Source: an uncultured delta proteobacterium (GTDB lineage Bacteria; Desulfobacterota; Desulfuromonadia; Geobacterales; DSM-12255). From it: a stretch of 64,000 nt of DNA. The position numbers and the translations under genes are program-made. Numbering within the stretch: position 1 is the first letter of the stretch; the number at the start of each line of letters is the position of its first letter. Under the pieces are notes generated by a model, which was not told where the DNA came from, made no database searches, and saw nothing but the letters and a program-made list of their open reading frames with translations. Of the stretch, positions 33,976 through 42,149 are shown in pieces. The stretch lies in contig CAWBBV010000005.1 of NCBI GenBank assembly GCA_963787125.1, forward strand, positions 1-64,000, read 5' to 3'.

Positions 33976-34890
33976 ATGAATAGAAAAGCGTGTGTAATCT
34001 TATGGCTTCTATTAATGAACGTAGTAAGTAAAGGTTATGCTATTACCATCGTGCAACCTGAGAACAATGCTGTTTTTCATGCAGGGCAGAAAGTAAAAGT
34101 TGTAGTTCTTCCTTCGCATGGAGAAAAGCTTAATGGAATGTGGATTAAAACAACAAGAGGTAGTTCGGAAATTCTTGAAGGGCCACCTTTTGAAACTGAG
34201 CTAAAATTAGATGATAAATATGTAGGTAAAGAGAAAATTACTGCGATTTCAAAAATTAACAAAGACAGAGATATAGTGGAATCATCAATAAGTATCACAG
34301 TTCAACTTCCATCGGATGTGAAACTGGAAAAAATTAAGACTAACCCAATTATGGTAATATACATTGCACCTAAATCGGAGCCATTAAATACAAGTAAAAT
34401 ACAAATTAGCTCATTGTTTTCAGATGGAATTTGGAGAGATCTCCATATTCTTAGCGATGTCAGATTCGCAAGTAGTGATACCAATATTGCTACAGTTGAC
34501 AAACAAGGCATTGTCACCGCTAAAAATCTAGGTTTAACGACAATATCAATTAACGCAGGCGGTAAGAATGCATCAGTTAAGGTTCATGTTAGCCTTGATA
34601 TTGAAATAGATGAAGTATTACTCGTTAAACCAACAGATACAGGCATTCAACTAAACTGGAAGCTCTCCCCGCAAGACCCGGAATGGGTCACCGGTTACAT
34701 GGTATTCAGAACCGAGGATCCGGACGGTGTAATTAAAAGGAAAATTGCCGATCTGCCAAACGGCACGAACACCTATATTGATAGGACTGCGGAGAAGTTG
34801 AAGGCTTATTATTACGGTGTGCAAGCTATTTCTACGTCTACAAATGAGCGATCTAGAATGACTAATATGACACCCATGGTGTTGCCTTGA
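33976..34890 (+). CDS. Cassette ORF, secreted Ig-like and FN3-like domain protein
   Basis: Signal peptide, FASSDTNIATVDKQGIVTAKNLGLTTISI (Big_2-like), LNWK...GYMVFR...YID...YYYGVQAI (FN3-like). Confidence 0.82.
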   Translation: MNRKACVILWLLLMNVVSKGYAITIVQPENNAVFHAGQKVKVVVLPSHGEKLNGMWIKTTRGSSEILEGPPFETELKLDDKYVGKEKITAISKINKDRDIVESSISITVQLPSDVKLEKIKTNPIMVIYIAPKSEPLNTSKIQISSLFSDGIWRDLHILSDVRFASSDTNIATVDKQGIVTAKNLGLTTISINAGGKNASVKVHVSLDIEIDEVLLVKPTDTGIQLNWKLSPQDPEWVTGYMVFRTEDPDGVIKRKIADLPNGTNTYIDRTAEKLKAYYYGVQAISTSTNERSRMTNMTPMVLP

Positions 34891-34927
34891 GCGAGAGAGC
34901 AAGCAGTTAGCAAGGAAAGACTGCCGA

Positions 34928-36827
34928 ATCGGGTAGCCGGGGGTTTTTCTCCCCCAGCCCCCACACCACCGGACATGCGGGTCCGCATCCGGCGGTTCGA
35001 TAGAATTACCGGGCCGTAGCCGGGTAGTGAAGCTTCACCCACAGTTCTTTGACAGATAATAAACCTTGATCCTTCAGACATTTGTTGGTCAAACCGGTAT
35101 GAGCAGCCAAGTCTTCGGGACATCGCCCACGGGCCGCTTCTATTCAGGCCCGCTCGGATGGCGGTGCCAAGTTGCGTACCAAGTGCCAGTAGATTCTTGA
35201 TCTTGGTACGACACCAGCGCCACTGTTTCCAGTAACAGAGCCGTATTCTGCGCCTTATCCAGCCGTCTATTTCCGGGATTTCACGGTAATATTCCGATAT
35301 TCCGAAGTACCCCATCCATCCACGGAGATATTGAGCCAGTTTATACAACCGGTACTTCATGGAGACCCGCCAGCTTCTTCCGGTATACTGCTTGACTCGG
35401 CGTCTGAACTCCTTGTATGCCTTGTCAGACCAGATGATGCGGGTTCCGCTGAAGATGAAGCCAAGGAAGTCTATGCGGGATGTTCTTGCTACCGCACTCT
35501 TGGTCTCATTGACTGTAAGTTTGAGTTTGCTGGTCAGGAAGGTTTTCATTCCTTCCATTACCCGGTCGCCGGCGCGCTGGCTTTTGACGAGGATGACGAA
35601 GTCGTCTGCATAGCGGACGAATTTGTGACCGCGTTTCTCAAGTTCTTTGTCCAGTGTGTCGAGCAGGATGTTGGCTAGAAGCGGCGAGAGTGGGCCACCC
35701 TGGGGGACACCCAGTCTGGTCTTTTCAAGACGCCCTTTTACCTCTACACCTGCCCGTAAGTACTTGCCGATCAGGGCTAGTACCCGCTTGTCGTGAACTT
35801 TCTTGCTCACAAGGTGCATGAGCAGATCATGGTTGACCGTGTCGAAGAACTTGGCAAGGTCAATATCCACGGCAATCCGGTATCCCTGCTGGATGTACTC
35901 CCGCACCTTTCGGACAGCATCTTTTGCTGACCGACGGGGACGGAAACCGAAGCTCGATGCGGAGAAGTCCGGATCGAAGATCGGTGTCAACACTTGGGCA
36001 ATGGACTGTTGGATCAGCCGGTCAAGTACAGTGGGTATCCCCAGCGGACGGGTTCCACCCGTTGCTTTGGGAATCTCTACCCGCTTTACCGGCAAAGGTT
36101 GGTAACTGCCTGTCATTAGCGATTCGCGAATAGTGTTCCAGTGAGAACGGGTATGGTCGGGGAATTGTTCGATGGTGATGCCATCGACGCCGGGTGCGCC
36201 CTTATTGGCTTTGACCCGTTTCCACGCTTGCTCCATGTTCGCACTGGAGAGTATCCGCTCCAGTAGGTGCTGCTCAGGGGTTGGCTGATCAATGACGCGC
36301 TCCATAGGCATTCCCCCGGACGGGTTCTTTATGTCATGAAAGCTCATTGGTGCTACTCCCCTTTGCTATCGTTCGGCCCTTCGGCGGGGTAAGGCTTCCC
36401 GGACTCTCCCGGGCTTGTTTCCAGTTGCCGGATCGCTTGCGGCAACGTCCTTCGCCTACTATGGCTTCTGCTGACTTCTGCTCCATCACGGCAGCTGTTA
36501 CCAGATGCCGCGCCATCAGGAATCAATGGCATGCGGAGCAGATCTCCCCGGATAAGAACGTGAACTGTGGCTACACAACCGCAGCATTTACCATTTCTCC
36601 TGAACCCGAGGGACTTCGTCATGTTGTGCTGACTTGCCCGGATGATGGCCTTGTATGCTGTTTCTGTTCGTCGGCTCATAGCTTTGCGCTCCGGCTTCCT
36701 CCAGACCCCTCCTCGCGGAGACGCCCTTGCCTTCGGCTAGTACTTGGTTTACGCTGTCTCGCGACAGTGTTGGATTCACCGTACAGGGGACTTGCACCCC
36801 ATAAGTTCACGCCCATGACGGGCGTAC
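34928..36827 (-). mobile_element. Group IIC-attC intron, copy 2
   Basis: Near-identical to copy 1 with the same termini; inserted at bottom-strand TTGT|T. Confidence 0.92.
35006..36347 (-). pseudogene. ltrA: Group IIC RT/maturase copy 2 with a one-base frameshift near the C-terminus
   Basis: Extra G at 35111 relative to copy 1 changes ...SRRLAAHTG to ...SRRLGCSY. Confidence 0.8.
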
Positions 36828-37095
36828 ACAAGGCTTACGACCTGCCCGAAAACCCGGCAGGTCAAAGCCATGCCCGTTATGTGAACAAGGAAAAAGGCAT
36901 GGAATTTAACGTAGCCCCTAAGAGTCAACGCCCCATTCCCCATTTTTAGACAATGGAGGCCTTTGGCTGACATTCCTTTCTATTTGACTGGCTAAAGCCA
37001 ATAGTCAAAAACCTGTGACACTCCCAACAACACTCTTGACAGTACTATTAATAGCATGGTTAAATATGCCAAAGCCAATGTTATGGAGGTTTATC

Positions 37096-37350
37096 ATGCC
37101 GCAGATATCTGCCAATGATCTTAAAATAAAAGGGGTTTCCGCCATTGAAGCGCTGCTTGCCACTCAGCCGGAAGCGGTTATATCTGTTCGCGGCAAGGAG
37201 CGGTATGTTGTCATGGATATGGAGCAGTATCATTACCTGCGCGAGTGTGAACTGGAATCAGCCCTTGCCCGGACCCGTGCCGATCTTGCTGAAGGACGTT
37301 TTGTCAAAGGTAGCGCCGAAGATCATCTGGCCCGTCTGAAGGCAGCTTGA
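37096..37350 (+). CDS. Phd/YefM-like antitoxin
   Basis: GGAGG RBS; ISANDLKIKG...AVISVRGKERYVVMD; overlaps the toxin start; upstream TTGACA with CTATTAATAG palindrome. Confidence 0.82.
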   Translation: MPQISANDLKIKGVSAIEALLATQPEAVISVRGKERYVVMDMEQYHYLRECELESALARTRADLAEGRFVKGSAEDHLARLKAA

Positions 37351-37625
37351 TGAGCTGGTCTCTGGTTTTTACCGAGCAGTACGAAAAACGCGCCCGGAGT
37401 TTTCTGAAACGCCATCCCGAGATTGAAAGACAGTATCTGAAAACGCTGCAACTGCTGGAAGCCAACCCGTTCCATCCCTCACTCCGTCTGCATCCGCTGT
37501 CAGGGCGGCTTTCCGGGCTGCACCAAGTCTCAATCAATCTCAGCTATCGTATCACCCTTGAGTTCATTATTAACGATCAGGAGATTATCCCGGTAAATGT
37601 CGGCGATCACGACACGGTGTATTGA
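37347..37625 (+). CDS. RelE/ParE-superfamily toxin
   Basis: NPFHPSLRLHPLSG...SINLSYRI...VGDHDTVY. Confidence 0.85.
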   Translation: MMSWSLVFTEQYEKRARSFLKRHPEIERQYLKTLQLLEANPFHPSLRLHPLSGRLSGLHQVSINLSYRITLEFIINDQEIIPVNVGDHDTVY

Positions 37626-37817
37626 TCCCCAAAAAGGCAGTTGGCCACAGATAAAGGCCGATAACTGCGGATAAAAGCGGATCGTGATAAATTTAAAAGT
37701 TTTCAAATTCGGCTGGTAAAAGCAGGCAAACTCATGATAGGTTGCCATTTTCATGAAGCACCCAGCCGCAAGCAGCGGGGAATTGAGCCGTATGAGACTA
37801 ATACTGGAGAGAGTAGA

Positions 37818-38018
37818 ATGAAAGCAGCGTTCAACGTTTATGCCGCGTTTCTCAACGAGGCTCGAAAAGATGGGAAGATTGTAACGGTTATTTTTCTTGA
37901 TGGGACATCATGTTGCGGGGTTGTGACTTCATTTGATGACGTGGCCATTATGCTGATTGACCCGAGCCAGGAGAGCCCCGCCATGATATTCAGACACTCT
38001 ATCCGCCAGATACGCTAA
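37818..38018 (+). CDS. Divergent Hfq/Sm-like RNA chaperone homologue
   Basis: FLNEARKDGKIVTVIFLDG...GVVTSFDDVAIML...MIFRHSI follows the Hfq Sm1/Sm2 pattern; GGAGA RBS. Confidence 0.75.
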   Translation: MKAAFNVYAAFLNEARKDGKIVTVIFLDGTSCCGVVTSFDDVAIMLIDPSQESPAMIFRHSIRQIR

Positions 38019-38286
38019 GAGTTCCCGTCAGCTGATAGTTTTAGAGCACCCCATAGGGTCGCACCTACACATTTCACAAAACAACAAAATGCAAACGCCG
38101 TAAATCCCGTTACAACAGGGCTTCACGGCGCTTGCACTGGTTTTTGCTTGACCCCTTCCATCAAAACACAGCTCTTTTGGGTTTGAAAGCCCATCGGAAT
38201 ACATCCGGGCCGGTATCCGGCGGCTCCGCTTCGCTACGCACCGTATAAAGTCTTAATCGTTGAACGAACAATACAACCCAAATATA

Positions 38287-38332
38287 TGCTATCAAATTAT
38301 GATTGCAAATATCATCACTTCATGGCTATAGT
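38287..38332 (+). promoter_or_regulatory. hicAB promoter and operator
   Basis: Inverted repeat TGCTATCA-aatta-TGATTGCA overlaps TTGCAA-18 bp-TATAGT; ATG follows 6 nt after the -10. Confidence 0.6.
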
Positions 38333-38338
38333 CTCCAT

Positions 38339-38593
38339 ATGATCAAATCGCATCGAAAAACCCTGAATGATATTTTCTCGCAGCCAGCTCCAGCGACATT
38401 AGAATGGCGCCGCATGGAATCGCTTTTTGTCTCGTTAGGCGCAGAAACTATTGAGGGTTCCGGCTCACGGGTTCGCTTTGTGTTGAACGGCATAATTGCC
38501 ACATTTCACCGACCTCACCCGGCAAAAGAGGCAAAACCATATCAAGTCAGAGACGCTAAAACATTTTTGGAAAACGCAGGAGTAAAGCCATGA
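38339..38593 (+). CDS. hicA: HicA-family toxin
   Basis: EGSGSRVRF...FHRPHP.KEAKPYQV. Confidence 0.9.
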   Translation: MIKSHRKTLNDIFSQPAPATLEWRRMESLFVSLGAETIEGSGSRVRFVLNGIIATFHRPHPAKEAKPYQVRDAKTFLENAGVKP

Positions 38594-38916
38594 ACACAAT
38601 GATTTTCAAAGGATATGCAGCAAGAATTGAATACAGCGATGAGGACGGATGCTTCATTGGTCACATCGCAGGAATTAAAGACGTCATTGGTTTCCACGCC
38701 GAATCTGTAAAAGAGTTACGAGCGGCATTTTATGGGGCTGTTGATGACTATTTGGCTACATGTGAAAAACTGGGAAGATCACCACAAAAACCCTATTCCG
38801 GCAAACTGATGTTACGAGTTCCACCTGAAGTCCATGCCCATGCCGCAATGATGGCAGAAGCTCATGGAAAGAGTTTGAACCAGTGGGCTGCGGACGTTCT
38901 TATGTATGCAAACTGA
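38590..38916 (+). CDS. hicB: HicB-family antitoxin
   Basis: KGYAARIEYS...AVDDYL...KPYSGKLMLRVPPEVH...SLNQW. Confidence 0.92.
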   Translation: MNTMIFKGYAARIEYSDEDGCFIGHIAGIKDVIGFHAESVKELRAAFYGAVDDYLATCEKLGRSPQKPYSGKLMLRVPPEVHAHAAMMAEAHGKSLNQWAADVLMYAN

Positions 38917-39145
38917 AAGCTTGAACAAATGAAGTAAAAAAAGGGTCGTGTTTCAACTTCGGAGAATTATGAGTTGGTTCACGGCCCTTATATTTACTAC
39001 CATGGCAATGGTTCAACCATCGGCGACACCGGTCGAAGGGGCCCTTAAGGGTCAACGCTCCATTCACCGTTTCAGCCAAAGCGGAACGTAACTAATTCCA
39101 ATTTTGAGATTGATGCTTAAATCAAGACGGCGACAACAAGGCCCT

Positions 39146-40045
39146 TTAGCCCGCAGAGAAGCTGTAACTCCCCATGCCGTAGGTCGCCCCTTTGCCGATG
39201 TTGAGCCGGCTGCCAAGGGAGAGAAAGGGGTTGAAATCCGTCAGATCACCGCGATAAGTCACCGCCCCTTCCACCCCTTGCAACCCGCCACCCCGGTTTA
39301 CCCATGAAAGTTCCGTAGAGACGCAGCTGATCTCCCGGCTCCGCTCCGCCAGCCATTTGAAATCGTGGGGTAGCTCCTCCTGACCGTAGTAATAGGCCAG
39401 GGAAGAGATGCGTCTGAACAACGCGCCGGCAACAGCGGGGAATGGCAGCTCCCGCAGGGGGAGGCCTTTATGGATGAGCCGCACGGGAGTCAGGAAATTA
39501 ATGGTTAGCTGTGAACAGGCGGCGCACTCGTGGGAGAAAAGTTCGTCAAAAGAGAGCAGCGGCAGGGAGGAGAATTCGTCCCCGACAATCTCTGCCGGGA
39601 GCGTGACACGCGTGCCATCCCCTGAGGCCGCTTCTACAGCGGTAATGCTCCAGTTATTGAAGCATCCGGAAGAGGCAAGGATGAATCTCACCGCTTTGAT
39701 GAAGAGGCCGAGCTGACTGATTGCATCTCCGGCAATGACAAGGGCGAGTTCAACCCCCTTGCGCTCCGGCCGCGTCCCCGGGAGCACCGGGATTTTGAAG
39801 GCAAACGGCAGCGGCGGCTTCTGGTAACGGCGCAGCGCCGCCGGATCGGAAGTAAGCGTCTGGTCGAAAACAGCCCGGCAGGGGCAGGCAGGACCGGCGC
39901 TGCAGCCGAGGTCACTGGTCAGGCAGCCGGTCACCCGGCGCAAAGCTGCCGGGAAATGCTGCTTTATAGCGAAGAGCACGTGGGGGTTGAGCTTTTCCGC
40001 AGGGGTGACCAACTTGAAATAAATCTGCACAAAAGGGGTGTTCAT
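39146..40045 (-). CDS. cas6: Stand-alone Cas6-like RAMP endoribonuclease
   Basis: C-terminal G-rich loop NIGKGATYGMG, FLTPVRL, LFRRISSL, N-terminal Cys cluster. Confidence 0.8.
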   Translation of the reverse strand: MNTPFVQIYFKLVTPAEKLNPHVLFAIKQHFPAALRRVTGCLTSDLGCSAGPACPCRAVFDQTLTSDPAALRRYQKPPLPFAFKIPVLPGTRPERKGVELALVIAGDAISQLGLFIKAVRFILASSGCFNNWSITAVEAASGDGTRVTLPAEIVGDEFSSLPLLSFDELFSHECAACSQLTINFLTPVRLIHKGLPLRELPFPAVAGALFRRISSLAYYYGQEELPHDFKWLAERSREISCVSTELSWVNRGGGLQGVEGAVTYRGDLTDFNPFLSLGSRLNIGKGATYGMGSYSFSAG

Positions 40046-40054
40046 AGAGGGCGA

Positions 40055-41383
40055 TCAGAGCCGGTCGCGGTAATCTTCAGGGGTATTCAGGTTGACGAAC
40101 GATCTGAAATCTGGAGAAACAGCCGCTATCTCTTTGGCCGGAATTATCCTGGCCTGCATGAGGTCCAGAAGATCGATGATTTTTTTTCTGTCGGTGCGCA
40201 GAGCCTCCTCAAGAAAAGGCAAGGCGCTCCGGGCATAAAACGCGTGCAGCGGTTCATACCCACCCGGACTTGCAGGAACAAGGGCGGTCTCATCGCCAAG
40301 CTGCAGCGCCAGCCAGCGGACAAGCTCCTGATCCATAAACGGCATATCACAACCGACGACAAAGATCCGCTCCTCCGGCGACCAGGAGAGTCCGGCATGA
40401 ATACCGGCAAGCGAGCCCATACCGACATACTGATCCGGGATTTTCGGACAGGGGAGAAAAGCGTACTCTTGCGGGGTGTTGGTAACCATGACAATTTTGT
40501 CGAACAGCTCGGCCATCGACTGGTACACCGATTCAATCAACGGTTTACCGTGATACGGGAGCAGCGCCTTGTTTTGGCCCATACGGACCGATTTTCCGCC
40601 GGCCAGAATTACCCCGACCACCCCGGTAATTTTTTTGCGGGGGAGCAGCAACCGCTGCTGATGGCTGTAGACCTGAAAACGCCCGGCGCGCAGGTAGCCG
40701 ATCAGGGTAATGCCCGACTCTTCGCAGAGTTTTACCGCCATATCGGTGGGAGAGGTCCGTGACGCAAGGAGGACGATACCGAGCTGGGCCGCCTTGGCCG
40801 CCATTTCGGTGGAGATGCGCCCGGAAGTCACCAGCATCAGCCCCTCCAGATCAACCTCCTTCAACAGCGCTTCACCGGCAATCCGGTCAAGGGTGTTATG
40901 TCTGCCGAGATCCTCGGCATAAAGAATCATCCGCTCGCCGTCACCGACTGCGGCAGAGTGAATGCCACCATGGGTACGGTAGCGATCAGCCTGCGTGCCC
41001 AGCTCATCCATCAAGGCAAAAATCTGCGCCGGACTGTATCTTTTTTCGGAGGAGACTTTTGTGGAGCGGGGGGTGGAGAAGGTTATGCCGGTGCCGCACC
41101 CGGAGGTGAGCACCGGTTTGAGGCGTTCAGGGAGTTCACCCTTTATTTTTACACTGGCAGCGCCGAAATCCTGACAAACGGAGAGGAAGTCGAAATCTTC
41201 CGGACTGGAAACGAACCCCTGCAGGCGGAGAAATCCGGCTACCAGGAAGTTCAGCTCATGGGGAGAAGCAACCAGTGTGGCAATCTCCCGGCCATTGACG
41301 GTGAGAGCCAGCGGGAACTCTGCAACAACCAGACCTTCATCCTCTTGCAGGTCCCCTTTGGCGTAGGTAAAAATCTTCTGCAT
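40055..41383 (-). CDS. fdhD: FdhD sulfurtransferase fused to MobA molybdenum cofactor guanylyltransferase
   Basis: TSGCG, HGGIHSAA, EDLGRHN, SGRIS, then ILAGGKSVRMGQNKALL, GCDMP, NLNTPED in one frame. Confidence 0.9.
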   Translation of the reverse strand: MQKIFTYAKGDLQEDEGLVVAEFPLALTVNGREIATLVASPHELNFLVAGFLRLQGFVSSPEDFDFLSVCQDFGAASVKIKGELPERLKPVLTSGCGTGITFSTPRSTKVSSEKRYSPAQIFALMDELGTQADRYRTHGGIHSAAVGDGERMILYAEDLGRHNTLDRIAGEALLKEVDLEGLMLVTSGRISTEMAAKAAQLGIVLLASRTSPTDMAVKLCEESGITLIGYLRAGRFQVYSHQQRLLLPRKKITGVVGVILAGGKSVRMGQNKALLPYHGKPLIESVYQSMAELFDKIVMVTNTPQEYAFLPCPKIPDQYVGMGSLAGIHAGLSWSPEERIFVVGCDMPFMDQELVRWLALQLGDETALVPASPGGYEPLHAFYARSALPFLEEALRTDRKKIIDLLDLMQARIIPAKEIAAVSPDFRSFVNLNTPEDYRDRL

Positions 41384-41895
41384 CAGACTGCCTGGAGATT
41401 ATAGTGAGCAAGCAGTGACGCTATTTTTACCAGATCGGCAAGATTCTGCTCGGAAAAATCGTCCCCCGCTTCAGCCAGCGAAGTCCCTTTGCGGACGACC
41501 TGAAGAACGGCCTTCGCAGTACCGTCAGCGATCACCGGCACACTCATGATCTTCTGAATCGGAATCCGGTCGCTTTTTTCAGCAAGCATGAACTCGAATA
41601 TGTACAGATGGCGGCTCTTGGCAAAGGAGTTGTCAAGGGTTGTGACCAGCTCGTTGGCAGTTCTGGCGACCAGGGAATTGACGGCGTTGAGCGGAATATG
41701 ACCGGCGTTAGTCATCCCCTGAGGCCAGAGAAAGGCAATTTCGTGTTTTTTGCGGTTTACCGAGAAGATCCCCACTTCATGCGCCCGTAGCGAAAAAAAG
41801 CCCGCTATGTCGGTCGCTATGGTTTTCAGCAGCTCCTCACTACCCTGCAACGCTTCACAACGAACCTTTAGTGATTCAATAAAACTGTTGATCAT
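41383..41895 (-). CDS. GAF-like domain protein
   Basis: IQKIMSVPV...VLQVVRKG...FSEQN. Confidence 0.65.
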   Translation of the reverse strand: MINSFIESLKVRCEALQGSEELLKTIATDIAGFFSLRAHEVGIFSVNRKKHEIAFLWPQGMTNAGHIPLNAVNSLVARTANELVTTLDNSFAKSRHLYIFEFMLAEKSDRIPIQKIMSVPVIADGTAKAVLQVVRKGTSLAEAGDDFSEQNLADLVKIASLLAHYNLQAV

Positions 41896-42032
41896 AAAAA
41901 ACCCTCCTCACATATCATGATTTTTGCAAAATGGATAATAACGGTAGCGAAAACAATTATCAAGCGTTCTGACCATACGCAAGCTACCCGCAAGTATTAC
42001 AAGCCGAACGGAGCGCCATACATCTTATTCCA

Positions 42033-42148
42033 CTTCTAAAGCAAAGATGAAATCAAGGCGGCGAGGATTGAGGCGACGAAGCAGTACATCAGTACGCTGA
42101 GGAGCCGAAGATAAGCCAACGAAGATAGCGCTTTGATTTAGGATTGGA
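42033..42148. repeat. Intergenic MITE-like element
   Basis: Imperfect terminal IRs (TCTAAAGCAAAG / CTTTGATTTAGGA) around a central GTACatcaGTAC hairpin; single copy in this window. Confidence 0.45.
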
Positions 42149-42149
42149 A

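Larger units (their letters stand above)
34923..36882 (+). repeat. attC site 7 (34923-34927 plus 36828-36882, split by a IIC intron)
   Basis: GCCGA|ACaaGGCTTacGACCTGCC-loop-GGCAGGTCaAAGCC-atgccc-GTTATGT; similar to attC5. Confidence 0.85.
22942..39017 (+). mobile_element. Integron-type gene-cassette array with no integrase in the window (CALIN-like)
   Basis: Seven attC-like hairpins separate co-oriented AT-rich ORFs; cassette-start GTT heptamers are exact reverse complements of the cassette-end AAC heptamers in five cases (GTTGAAC/GTTCAAC twice, GTTGGGC/GCCCAAC, GTTATAC/GTATAAC, GTTCGGC/GCCGAAC). Confidence 0.85.

Noticed and set aside
25564..36347. RTs as retron, DGR or CRISPR-associated RTs
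   Set aside because: Each is flanked by group II domain V/VI and has a maturase domain; no msr-msd, TR/VR pair or Cas1 fusion was seen
23733..36882. Intergenic hairpins as simple intrinsic terminators
   Set aside because: They lack T-tails and have AAC/GTT boxes, extrahelical bases, cassette-wise end complementarity and attC-type intron insertions
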